This document shows, in pieces, positions 50,599 through 64,000 of a DNA stretch of 64,000 bases (positions within the stretch are counted from its first letter, which is position 1; each line of letters begins with the position of its first letter). A program made the position numbers and the translations under genes. Origin of the DNA: Octopus vulgaris (lineage: Eukaryota); assembly GCA_951406725.2 (NCBI GenBank), contig OX597840.1:38750001-38814000 (forward strand). Direction: 5' to 3'. The notes under the pieces were generated by a model. The model searched no databases. It worked only from the letters and a program-made list of their open reading frames with translations, and was not told where the DNA came from.

Positions 50599-52785
50599 AC
50601 ACATGCGCAGTTAGTCAGTTGCTTCCTGTTAAGCCAGAGTGGACGCGAGTCAACCAGCTCCGTCCAATTAAAGAAAAAAGATCAAAAACGGAAAGTTGTC
50701 GAGGTAAGTGATTTTGTTTATTGTGAGTTGGGCATAATTTATTGCGTGCCAATTATTATTTCAGTAAGTTGTGTCCAACTCTGAGACAATTTCGCCTGCT
50801 CTCGGCGGCTGCCGTTTTTGTGTTTATTGAAAAAAAAAAACAGTGGAGGGGCGTATCCTCGGAATTCAATACAGTTACTGTTAAAATTACCGTTGGCGGT
50901 AGCCAGAGCTATGTTTGGGTTTGTTGAACTTATTCTCTTGTCAGAGTACTTCGCAAGAAAATTATAAAAATAAGCCACTATTGGATTACCTTTCGGACCC
51001 ATTTTTGTGGAGGTTGTGTTGCAGTTGCGGCGTTCCAGGTTCAACCCAGGCCGGGAGTACCGCAAGGCCAGAATATTTTTGCTGTGTTTTTTCTGTTTAT
51101 TAACTTTCTTTTGAACTTCATTTAACTCCCCCTTTTGTTTTTTTTTCTTTATTGCGACTTTCGGTTGATTTCTTCCCTACTGTTGTGCTTTCTCCTTTTT
51201 GTTTTTTCAAAAATCTATCAAATTTTATTTGGACTTTTGAACTTTTTTCTTCTTGCTTTTTGAGTTTAATTTGAATATATTTTAAAAAAACATGGCAATG
51301 AAAAATAACAAAATTTTGGAATGGGAGATCATACCGCCTAAAAAGTGGTTAAAAGACCGTGAAGATAGGACGGTGGTGTTGAGAACCTACTCCAAGGCAC
51401 TCGACACCATCACCCTATTCGAAAAGACGGCAATTGAAAAAGAGTTGGAAGAGTATTTGCCAACAATTAAATTCATTTCCAGGGGTGTCAAATATGCAAC
51501 GGTGTGGTTGCTATTTGACACCCCTGAAGAGGCTTGCAAATTTGCTAGCAAACCCCTGGAGGGTAAGGAAATCTTATTCCTGCCCACGTACAAAAAAAGA
51601 AATTGATGAAAGCTTGGATTTGCGGGCTGCCACCCGACATAGAACCCGAGTGGATAGAGGAGACTATCCGCCGGGGTCTGGGTGGCAGCGAAACTAAGCT
51701 CCTTAATGTAAAAGTTCTTCCTGCGGCTGCTTGGGTTGGGTCAAAATCAATTTTGACCCTGTGGACCCAATCAGCCAATCTGGTTCTTCCAGATTTTTTG
51801 AAAATGGCCGGGTGCAGGTACCCGGTGATGCTTGAGGTTCGCCCCCCTAAGTGTCATCGGTGCTTGGAGCCCAGCCACATAAAGAAGAACTGTCCTCGGG
51901 AACAAAATAGGATCCCGGAACAGTTAAGTAAAACCCCTCTAGAAGAGGGAACGATAACGGCCGAGAAAGCAGAGGACTCCTCAAACAGAGGCCGAAAGAG
52001 GAAGGTGAGCAACAATGGGTGCTCACCAAAGGATAATAGGGATGAGGAGAGGAAGGCGAATCTTCCAGCCACGGAGGAGACGCACCCTCCCTCAGTTGAA
52101 AAGGGAAAAAAAAAGAAAAAGAGGAAGAGAAACGGGACATTACCGGCTGTCAGTGTAGCACCGGAATGTCCCGGAACAACGTCGGTTGGGGTTGTGCCAC
52201 CGACAAGAGAAGGGATACCATTGGCGGGAACTGTGCCGCCAACGAAAGAACTGAACGTATTGGTCCTCTTCTATAGAGAAGGAGAAATTGAAAAAAAAAT
52301 GATGGAAGAGCACTACAAGGGAGCACCTTTAGCCTTCACACAGGACCCCGAATGGCCTCCGCAGGTAGCTGTGGAGGCCGTGGCGTTCGGCGTGACGCTT
52401 GGGCTAAAGGAGCTCAATGAAGATTATAGCTTGGTCCCGGGCGACGCGAACTCGGAACTTGATTACGTTCTGAGGGAGGCGTGGTTGATGGTGGAGGGCG
52501 CGGGCACAAGCTATTTCGAGGACGATATGTAATTATTGAACTGTTAGTATTTATAATGGACTGCTAAGTCCAAAAATTGAAAAATTGTAAGAGGCTTAAT
52601 ACCTCGTTTTGTGTTTATCTTTAAAAAGAACAATGTTTTAGAGAAGCGAAAGTCGGCGGGCGCTTTTTGTCTTCTCCCATCCTTATCATCTGTCTTTCCT
52701 TAACATTCACTTCATTAATGTCCTCGTCCAGCCCGCAAAGCTAACTTAATCTGTGTACTGCCTTTATGGCAAATGTTTTGAAATA
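50599..52785 (+). mobile_element. ORF1-only (HAL1-like) non-autonomous non-LTR element, copy 2, inserted at the same SINE position
   Basis: Perfect 15-bp TSD AAGTAGCTTGCTAAC at 50584-50598 and 52786-52800. SINE head at 50561-50598 and SINE remainder at 52786-53197. Same 3' end as copy 1. Confidence 0.92.
51292..52532 (+). pseudogene. Second copy of the ORF1-like gene, split by a 1-bp deletion in an A-run
   Basis: ORFs 51292-51606 and 51603-52532 together match the 414-aa protein. The A8 run in copy 1 (TACAAAAAAAAG) is A7 here (51592-51598). The knuckle reads CHRCLEPSHIKKNC. The frameshift could be a homopolymer sequencing error. Confidence 0.8.
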
Positions 52786-53197
52786 AAGTAGCTTGCTAAC
52801 CAACCACATGGTTCCGGGTTCAGTCCCACTGCGTGGCATCTTGGGCAAGTGTCTTCTGCTATAGCCCCGGGCCGACCAATGCCTTGTGAGTGGATTTGGT
52901 AGACGGAACTGAAAGAAGCCTGTCGTATATATGTATATATATATATATATCTGTGTGTGTGTGTGTATGTGTGTGTGTTTGTGTGTCTGTGTTTATCCCC
53001 CTAGCATTGCTTGACAACCGATGCTGGTGTGTTTACGTCCCCGTCACTTAGCGGTTCGGCAAAAGAGACCGATGGAATAAGAACTGGGCTTACAAAGAAT
53101 AAGTCCCGGGGTCGATTTGCTCGACTTAAGGCGGTGCTCCAGCATGGCCGCAGTCAAATGACTGAAACAAACAAAAGAGTAAAAGAGTATAAAAGAG
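52786..53197 (+). mobile_element. Type-B SINE body (head at 50561-50598)
   Basis: Continues exactly from the TSD. Confidence 0.9.
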
Positions 53198-53616
53198 ATT
53201 TAGAATTTGCGTCGTTTGCTCAATGCTATGACGTTTTTTTTTCTTCGGTGAAAGAATAGGTTCAGAATATATTGCTTAAGTCGTTCCCTACAGTAAGTCG
53301 GTAGGTTGTGATATGTTTAGCGAGCAATTAAGCAGTTTTCTTCGTAAATACGTGGCCTCGGGATGTGTCGTGAGAAAATCTCTCGCAGCCTCAGGATAAC
53401 CAACGTTTTGCGAATAAGATCGATATTTCGAAACGCTTAGGAAGATATCACACTCACACACACAAACACACTCATAAATATACACATACACACGTTCACA
53501 TTCACACATATTTTCATTCGTTTGTTATTTTGACACAATTTTCAAACATTCTACCTTGAACTGATACACCAAATTTAAGGTCGCTCAGCAAAATAATAGT
53601 ATTGGAATATGTGAAC

Positions 53617-54115
<499 letters not shown>

Positions 54116-54371
54116 AATCAATTAAAATTTGAGATATTTTTGCAGAGGGGTAAAAATGGTAACAAAACCAGGACAGTAACGGCAGTACAAAATATAAGCA
54201 GTAAAAGACAGGACAAGGAAAATAACAAGACAAGGAGGGCTGTTAGCCGAACGAAAAAAAGTGTTTTGAACGCTATTTCTGTGGACGGCGATGGGAGCAA
54301 AGAAAATTGCCATCCATATATATATATATATATATATATATACAAAATTTATAGGACTAAATAAAAAATGT

Positions 54372-54420
<49 letters not shown>

Positions 54421-54749
54421 TGTGTAAAACTCATATATACATGTGTGTAACACTTAATAGCACAACCTGATTCACACCTCTGTCATATTTGGAACCCTAT
54501 GGCTCAGTCTAACAATGAGTTGTTATTCTTGGAGATATATCGCTGTCGTAGGTTGGTCCGTGATTTTATGGACGAATTTGTCCAGAGAACTTTTGAATTT
54601 TATGGGATCTCTCTATCTTTCCTGTTATTTACCTCTGGAATGCATCCACTTTCATAAAGATTCCCATGCTTCAATATGTCTCTTTTATATTTGTCTCTAC
54701 TTTGACACCTGAGACCACGCTATTATTACTTTATTCTGCGAGCTTGCAG

Positions 54750-54945
54750 TAATGTTGTCACATCCGGCGAAATACTTAGTGATATTTCATCTGCTGCTAC
54801 GTTGAGTTCAAATTCCGCCGAGGTCGACTTTACCTTTAATACTTTCGTGGTCGATTGAATATATGTTGGTTAATCACTGGCGCCGATTTAATCGACTTAA
54901 TCCCTTCCCCTAAATTTGTGGCCTTGTGCTTGCAGTAGAATGAGT
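54750..54945 (+). mobile_element. Degenerate type-A SINE
   Basis: GAGTTCAAATTCCGCCGAGGTCGACTTT core. Confidence 0.75.
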
Positions 54946-56507
54946 TATTACATTATAGCGTGCAACACTCAGGTACGTTCAGAGACGAAAGTAAGAGAAG
55001 TACCAGATTTGATTCCATATTACAGCATTATGGCAGAATCCTAGCATAGCATAGCCTGCGACTAACGCGGGAAGTAAACTCTTGAAAGTGTAAAATAAAA
55101 TTAAACAACAGCGTAGCAGTTCGCGTGGTTGTTTGCAGAGAGTCAGGCAACAACGGGTGTTATTTCGTTTGAAAGATTAGGACGAAGATTTTGCTGAATA
55201 AAAGTGTCAAATGGCAAATTTGTTCATTAGATATTTTAATGATGTTTTAAATAATCTCTTTAGATCTGAATGTTTCAAGTTAGTTAATATTTGCGATGTC
55301 GTTAAACATTCTTTGTGAAGAAGATGAAAGCAAAAAAAAAAAAAAGAAAAAATATATATATGCTCATTTACATTTATTTTATTTTACTATTGTGTTTTAT
55401 TTTCTCTTTTCTGACACGTTTTTCTAGATTTCTTCACGCCCTTTGACGAAACTTGTAGAGGAAACGTGCCTAGATTTGGCAAATAAAACTTAATTTTCTG
55501 AAAGCCGCACATTATTAGAATGTTAATGTCGAAGGCACCCTGACAACTGGAAGGTTAATTGAGCTATATTGGAATTTGTGTGGACAGTTGAAGAGTTACC
55601 AAAGAGAAGGTAATATCGTGTATAATCAAATTAAGTGGTCCCTTCAAAACGAACAGAAAACGGCCATTCCAAACGTGAAGCGTCAAAGCGCAATTCATTT
55701 AACGCCATGTTAAGTGTTCAATTTAAATTAGGTTGATGGACGTCCATCAAATAAACGCAGATAGGAAAAGGGAGCCGTGCGAAAAGCTGGTTGCAAGGAA
55801 ACATTTTATGCGAATTATGGGATCCAAATAATTGATAGAGTTCGATACGGATATCAGATTAATCTTATTTACGTGTCGTAAATATAACATTACACATTGC
55901 AAAATACAAAACAAAAGCGAATGGATGAAAGAACATGATTCTGTAAAGGAAACTATGTTTTGTCTGTTCTCTTATAAAGAAACAATTGAAACAAACAAAA
56001 ATACATCGAAGTTGATTAAATACTATAAAATACTTTTCGGATAAAATTCTAGAGGTTCATACGGAGTCGTTCAATATGTCTGCGTAACAATTCACATGAT
56101 TTAATCTCTCTTACGAATGAATTTATTCCTTCTGTAATAAAGGATTATACCTAGTCGCTGCAACCCGATTTCGAACAATGCCGTCGCCTGGTTCTTGTCT
56201 TAACGTAGCAATGACGTGCCTCTTCAGTCCTGCTACGGACCCAACTTAATTATTTGACCCCGGAATTATGGAAAGCAATGTCGAACTTATTTGTTCTCAG
56301 AAGGTGAAGGGGAACGAATTGACGCTAATAATCTTGCCCAGCTTGGTAATATTTCTGTCAGTTCACCGCCTGACATACGTTTATAATATTGACATCTAAC
56401 GTTATTACAGTACCAAATGCGCGCAGCACAAATAATCACACATACATACATACATACATAAATACATATATATACATGTGTGTGTATGTGTATGTGTGTG
56501 TGTGTGT

Positions 56508-56835
56508 GAAGGCGCATGGTTCAGTGGTTAGAGCATCGAGCTTATGGTCGTGAGGTTGTGAGTTCGAATCCCGGACCGGGCTGCCTGTTGTGTTCTTGAG
56601 TAAGACACTTTATTTCACGTTGCGCCAGTTCACTCAGCTGTAGAAATGAGAGTTCCGACATCACAGGTGCCAAGCTATATCGGCCCATTTGCTTTTCCCT
56701 TGGACAACACTGTTGGCATGGAGAGGGGAGGCTGGTATGCATGGGCGACTGCTGGTCTTCCACAGACAACCTTGCCCGGATTTGTGCCTGGGAGGGTAAC
56801 ATTCTAGGTGCAATCTCATGATCAGTTATGGCCGA
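56508..56835 (+). mobile_element. Type-C-related tRNA-derived SINE
   Basis: A box TGGTTCAGTGG, B box GAGTTCGAATCC, CTTGAGTAAGACACTT block. The 3' part resembles 10020-10190. Confidence 0.75.
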
Positions 56836-56846
56836 AGCGGTTCTCA

Positions 56847-56888
<42 letters not shown>

Positions 56889-56909
56889 ATATGTATGTAT
56901 GTATATGTA

Positions 56910-57189
<280 letters not shown>

Positions 57190-57579
57190 TCAAATTTGAA
57201 ATACATATAATTTCTAAAACCCCAGTTATACCTTGTGGTAAAATATTTGTGATAGCATCTCATGTAGTTTAATCTAGTTCCATAATATAAAATGCGTGTG
57301 TTCTTACCTAATCGTAAAATACCGTATTGCGCCTACTTTCACTTCGAGAAAAAATTTCTAATGAAAATGGACGAAGTTACATTAAAGATTTATAAATAAC
57401 TAAGTATGAGCTTATTTTTCCTTAATGCTAGCATAAATCTTTTATGAGATATTGCTTCAAATGATAATTAGATATAGTTAGAAAAATGATATATATGAAT
57501 GCAGTTGTTTTAAAATCAAAATTTAACTGCTCGGTATAGAAATCACAGAAGTACGTGCATGAATAGTTTAAGAAATATT

Positions 57580-58045
57580 CTCTTACTCTTTTAGTCGAGG
57601 AAATCGACCCAGGATTTATTCTTTGGAAGCCTAGTACTTATTCTATCGGTGTCTTTTGTCGAACGGCTATGTTGCAGAGCCATAAACACACCTCCATCGG
57701 TTGTCAAGTGATGTTGGGGGAGAAACACAGACACACACACATATACACACAAATACATACACACACACATATATATATATATATATCTATATATATATAT
57801 ATACGACGGGCTTCTTTCAGTTTCCGCCTACCAGATACACTCGCAATGCTTTCGTCGGCTCGGGGATATAGTAGAAGACACTTGCCATTTCGCCCGGCGT
57901 GATAACGCTTCTGTAAGCACACCGCATTAAAATATATTCTATTCTACCCTAGGTACAAGGGCCGAAATTTGGTGGGAGGGGGCCAGTCGATTAGATCAAC
58001 CACAGTAGGTAGCTGGTACTTAATTTATCGGCCCCGAAAGCACGA
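57580..58045 (-). mobile_element. Type-B and type-A SINE fragments
   Basis: Reverse-complement matches. Confidence 0.7.
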
Positions 58046-59037
58046 AATATATATATCTACTCAGGGGAATTCATTTTGTTCCTATCTTCAAAGAAAACTG
58101 TCCTGAAACATTGAGTTGCATTGTCCAAGAAGAGTTGCCATTCGACAGCATCATGCTTTACTCCAACAGCGACAACAAACTAGCAATTATTTGTAGTGAC
58201 TGAGACCTACTCCAACTGCAAAGCAAATCGCAAATTCAGCTTATCGTTTTTCCCGTACTCAGAAGTGCTGCTGCAATTGTTCTCTAATATATGTCAGCTT
58301 TTGTGCCACAATACTGAAGGGACTGACCTCGGTGACATTCCCCTACTTGTGACAGCAAGAACAGTGCCACCGATATATTCGGCTCTTTCCATATAATTCA
58401 GAATAAAAAACGGTACAGCATCTCCAGTACTTCATTACTATTCTTGTTCACAGATTCAAAATTACAGACTCACAGATTACCATTCTTGTTCACAGATTCA
58501 AAATATTACACGATGGGCCCCATGCTTCTTCTGAACACCCATACGATTCGAAAGCACGATTTATCTCGGATCTAAAATTTAGTAGCATTCTCAATTTTAC
58601 GTGATATTTAGTTGATTCCAAAATATCTGAATTTGAGGTGTAACTTATTTAACGGTTCATAGACGAGAAAGTGTAATAACATTTTCTTTGGAATCAGCAC
58701 TAAAAATCTGCAATGAAGTTACAGACAGTGACAAATATTCCTGGTAAGCAAATTTATATTTTTTGCGAGAATCTATTATTTTCTATAATTGATATGATAT
58801 GCGACGCGACAGGGCTATTAGTACGGGTTTCCTACAGACATTGTAGCGTGTTCAACGGAGCTGAGATATATTTAATTTCGGTGATTTTCAGAACCACTGA
58901 AAACTGCGCAAGTTTCTAATACATATATGTATGTATATATATATATATATATATATACTTTATTTTAAGCAGCAGAAAATTCAACAAAATCTGTTACTCT
59001 GAGTTTCTCGTTGCCGTTCATCAGACAATATATATAT

Positions 59038-59140
<103 letters not shown>

Positions 59141-59244
59141 CACACATATATGTATGTGTATATATGTGTGTGTGTGTATGTGTGTATATATATGTGTATG
59201 GATATATATATATATGTTTTTATGTATGTATACATATACATAAG

Positions 59245-59287
<43 letters not shown>

Positions 59288-59288
<1 letters not shown>

Positions 59289-59439
59289 ATGTCCAGTTCC
59301 TTGGTTTTGTGTTTATGATTTCGTTTCTCATTGTGTTCGACGTGTTTTGGTGTCCTCTGCCCATATATGCGTGTATATATACATGTAGAAGTAGGTACGT
59401 ACATAAATGTATATATATATGCATATGTTTTATTTATTA

Positions 59440-59445
<6 letters not shown>
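59288..59445. repeat. Repeat family Y copy, inverted and truncated
   Basis: Reverse complement of family Y, between (TA)n tracts. Confidence 0.8.
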
Positions 59446-59479
<34 letters not shown>

Positions 59480-59649
59480 AATACATTACCACTTAACACA
59501 CTCATCTTACACTGCATATTTATCCATGTGGATATGTGCATGTCCATGTATGTACGCTAGCGCAATGTGAGCGTGTGAGAGACAAATACGTAGATAGACA
59601 GATAGATAGGTAAATTGATAGATAAACACACAGATAGACAGACACACAG

Positions 59650-59705
<56 letters not shown>

Positions 59706-60084
59706 GTAAAAACAGATCAATAGATTTAGTGATAGGCCGTCTAACGAAACAGATAGATCGATTTGTTAGAAACCAGGTGATTTGTTGAAAGATTATCGAA
59801 TCTGTGTACCAGCGTTCAAGTTGATAAAACGCTTGTCTTGCCTAGAGGACAAGTTCTACTGTCTGTCGAGCTACAAGAACTACGAACGAAATCTTTCTGT
59901 AATCGTATCATACTCCAACGTTTTGAAAATGTTATACTGGAAAAGGAGTCTTGCAACAAAATATGACATGATGGTCCTGTTTGGTATGCTTTTGAAAATA
60001 TAACAACTGATCACTCAAAGAGAAAATGAGGCTGAAGTAGTGCAACGACAATAATGTTATCCATTATGTTTTTATAGGATGGAG

Positions 60085-60600
60085 AAGTGTGGGTGCATGC
60101 AAGTGTGTATATGTGTGTGTACGTGTGTGTCTGCATGCGAGTGTGTATGTATGTGTGCAAGCAAATGTGTATATGTGTGTATGTGGAACTGTGTATGCAC
60201 GCGAGTGTGTATATTTGCGTGCGTGTGTGTGTGGACATGTGTGTTCGCACGTGGGTGTGTATGAATGTGTGTTTGTGTTCACAATTGAGTGTGCATGTGT
60301 GTGTGTGCACGCGAGTGTTTGTGTGAGTGTGCACGTGTGTGTGTGTGTTTGTGTGTGTGTGTGCGTGCGCACGATTGTGTAAGACTATAAGCGTGTGCAC
60401 GCGCGTATGTGTGTGCAAGTATGTGTGCATATGTGTGTATGACGCAGTTCGTGTGCACACGCGTGTGTGCCTATATGTGTGTTTGTGACCCAAACGTGTA
60501 AATGTGTGTGCACGTGAGTGGAGTGTGCACATATGTGTTTGTGCACGCGAGTGTGTGTATGTGTAAGTATTTCTGTGTATGTGTATGCGCACGTATGTGT
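60085..60600. repeat. Degenerate (TG)n alternating purine-pyrimidine tract
   Basis: Read directly from the sequence. Confidence 0.9.
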
Positions 60601-60749
60601 CCCTTTGTTTGAGTCATGTTTCTCCCTAATCACCATTTGCCAACAGTTGTCGAGTCGTATCCAACCCTGTCACATTAGCGGCATCCAATCAAAAAGGGAC
60701 CAGGTTTTAAAAATTATAAACATTGTACGTTAGTATTTGACTAAGCATT

Positions 60750-60802
60750 TAAAAGCATTGCTCCAGCATGGTTGCAACCCAAGGCAAGTAAAATTTTAAA
60801 TA

Positions 60803-60855
<53 letters not shown>

Positions 60856-61040
60856 TGTGTATGTATGTATGCATGTATGTATAATGGGTTTCTTTCTGTT
60901 TCCGGCTGCCAAATACACTCACAAAGGACTTGGTGGGAGGCACGGCTATAGGAGACACTTTCCCATGATGATAGGCAGTGGGACTGAACCCGGAATCATG
61001 TGGTTCGGAAATAGTATTTTCCCACGCAGCCACGCCTATA
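60750..61040 (-). mobile_element. Degenerate type-B SINE
   Basis: CAGTGGGACTGAACCCGGAA head and CTCCAGCATGG tail. Confidence 0.7.
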
Positions 61041-61166
61041 ACTACATTTTGTATTTACATATTTATTACGGATGTGTACTTCGTTGTTTGTCTGAGAACT
61101 GCAGGTTCTCAGGTAATTTGTCTGAGACCTGAAGGCTGTAGTTGCTGAAGGAGTAAAAGATGGAAC

Positions 61167-61214
<48 letters not shown>

Positions 61215-62587
61215 GACAATGAGATGAATGAGAGAATGTATATTCACCTTGACAAGGGAGAACCGCTTCAGGGTTTTCTCCTAATCTTGAGAGGTATTTT
61301 ACCTATATATACATTTACACGTGAATATCTATGTACCTGTGCATATATGTACGCATGTATGCGTTTACGTATATATGTATTTATAAAACATCAAACATTA
61401 TTTGTATTAATGCCAAATAAAGACTGGATAGAATAAAGGACAATCCAGCAAATAGTGTAAATCAAATTTCATTCGTTTTCTTTGCACAAAAGCTGATCCT
61501 TTGGGTAAAATTTAGATGCCTTTAATCCTAGAACTGTAAAATGCCACGAGCATTTTTGAAGCAGAATTCTATTATTCGACATTTCAATATTTAGCGTGCA
61601 TAACTTTGGGGAAAGACGAAATGTATTGTATTTTCTTAAAGCACAAAATTTCTGATTAGAGGAGTGAAAATATCATTCTCTAATATTAAAACGTAACCAG
61701 GGATATTTGATTCGGACTGGCGATCCGAAAAGACGCAGAAAAGCCAGGCGGCATGGTTCAACATTTCGATGGGTGAATTTTATTACTGTTAAACATCTAC
61801 AATATCCATGGGAAGCGACGCTTCAAGCGATACATCTGTCAGCTAGAATTGATAGCTATGCCTTTCTCAAATAGCAAACTACCGGTTCGAAACAATAAAA
61901 TACAATCGATGATGTAGTGAATTGATGCTCACTATTTCTTTATTGTCCATAGCTCTGATCACTCATTCTTTTCTGAAGTTCAATAATTACAACATACCCC
62001 GAAGCAGCAACTATAACAGAGTATTCAATATAGAGAGATTTTTACGCTTAAAATGACGCGGAATTTTTTAACCAAAGAGCAAAGTTTAATTCAGTGAAAG
62101 TTCAATGAGTTTCACGTCGCTATTTTCTTTCTTTCTTTAAAGCGTCGCCTACGTTTGAGCAAACTGACCCAAGGATTCAGTCCAAGGGACATATTATTAG
62201 TAAAGTTAACATCGATTAAATATGCAAATTACAAAACGCAGGTATTATTGATGTTACTGTCAGCTAGTATTTATATATATATATATATATATTCTCTAGT
62301 TTCACCGCAGAGCTGTGGCCATGCTGACGCACCGCCGTTTTGCTACACTGTTATTACTAAGAGCCTCCTCTAATATGTGGTACTTGGTGAAGCATGGAGT
62401 TTGATATAGCTACCCTCATTTGTACATCTTGCCGTGTGGTAGGTTCATATGGGACTCTCGACAGGAAGAGGTCCAGGTTTGATTTTTAAAAAACCTACAT
62501 CTACTTTGTGCAAGTTCCTTAGAGCGTTTGGGAGAATATTAAATATTAAAACATACATTCATATATATATATATATATATGAACGTA

Positions 62588-62649
<62 letters not shown>

Positions 62650-62778
62650 CGTATGTATGTATGTATGTATGTATATATATGCATATATGCACACATATTA
62701 TAATTGGCATTTTCTATAACTAACACTCAACAGACTTATGTCATAATTCTGATATTCACAATATTTGCTTTCTTTATC

Positions 62779-62859
<81 letters not shown>

Positions 62860-63116
62860 GATGGATAGATATGCAATATTTTACCAAGACGTAAGGTGTT
62901 TTCTTCTCTTTCCTTGTTTGTTTCTTTTTTTTCTTTCAATTTCAATCATTCGATCTCTACCAATTACTATTCTTATTATCGAAACTGCTCTAACTTATAA
63001 CCCTTTTCTCTGTTGATGTTAATGGTTGCATTTTTTTATATAGGTCGTGTTTAGTTTTGCTATTGTCGTTGTTGTTGCTGTTGTTGTTGTTGCCATTGCT
63101 ATCATCGTCGTCGTCC

Positions 63117-63148
<32 letters not shown>

Positions 63149-64000
63149 GCTGGCATTCATGCTGTTCTTGTTGTTCTCGTTGATGGTTTATTCAAAAGTA
63201 TTAGAAGGACAGAAGCTATTCGGCACCAAAGGTATTATAAGAAGCAGAATGAGATTATTGATCCTAAAAGTAGAAAGAGCAGCATGGCTGCTTTTAGCAT
63301 TGTCTTGATGGATTAATGTCATGTCTGAAAGAGATTGGTAATTCCAGCATTGTCGATGCTCTCTGTAGACTCAAGGGAAATTTTACGATTCGCCTAACTT
63401 ACTGGAATCTTATGTTTCTCGGTTTTCTTACAAGTTTTTTGTTTTTTTTTAATATTTTGTTCATCTTTTATTGTATTTTTGTTGCGTATTTGCTTGTCGA
63501 ATGATGGCGGATTTGTTAGAGAATTCTAGAGAACAAGGTTATGTATATTCTGGTACTCTATCTTTTATCCTTCGCTAATTTTATTTCAAATCCCCAACGA
63601 ATTAGTCATGAGTACGCATGGACTATTCATGAAAGGCTTGGGACAACCAGTTAAAGACATTAACAGTTCGCACGATGGCACCTACACCCAACCAATATGC
63701 TCTGCCATTGGCGTGTGTTCTTCATTCCCATAATATCCTGTTCTAGCGCTCAGGATTTTCTTTTGTAATATTGGTTTCAGATTTTGGTACAATGCCAGCA
63801 ACTCTGTGAAATAGTGCACGTTGATGATAACGACACTATTGAACAACTGGTATCTCTGTGTCAACTACTAAAAGATGAAAGATGAATGCTTGTGAATCGG
63901 AGATCGTGTCGACAAGTGATGGTGGGTGCGAGTCTAATGCGAGTGAAGGTGATTCAGAAAACAATTATAATAATAATATTTTATTATAAATGATCTTAAC

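Noticed and set aside
56510-56585. tRNA gene (also 29260 and the heads of type-B SINEs)
   Set aside because: A and B boxes are present, but the sequence continues into SINE bodies with no clean cloverleaf or terminator.

Overview
This is AT-rich, repeat-saturated animal genomic DNA. The tRNA-derived SINE families and the (TA)n/(CA)n/(ATT)n load suggest an octopod cephalopod (inference). I found no confident host protein-coding gene, and most listed ORFs are microsatellite or SINE artefacts. The main finding is a ~2.2-kb retro-element present twice (2252-4451 and 50599-52785). It encodes only a ~414-aa ORF1/Gag-like protein (putative RRM region, one CCHC knuckle, a C-terminal WPPQVA domain) and no RT or endonuclease. 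Both copies sit at the same nucleotide of the same SINE family, between its A and B boxes. The target-site duplication AAGTAGCTTGCTAAC (15 bp) is perfect in copy 2 and imperfect in copy 1. The copies have different ~310-350-nt 5' leaders, each with a splice donor. A third, diverged, 5'-truncated relative lies at ~5900-6510 (-). Other features are a Penelope-like GIY-YIG fragment, several (TA)n-embedded elements with hammerhead-ribozyme motifs (one in a ~690-bp near-perfect palindrome), Ty3/Gypsy and CR1-like RT fragments, multimeric SINE arrays, and a SINE with an inverted 5' head.
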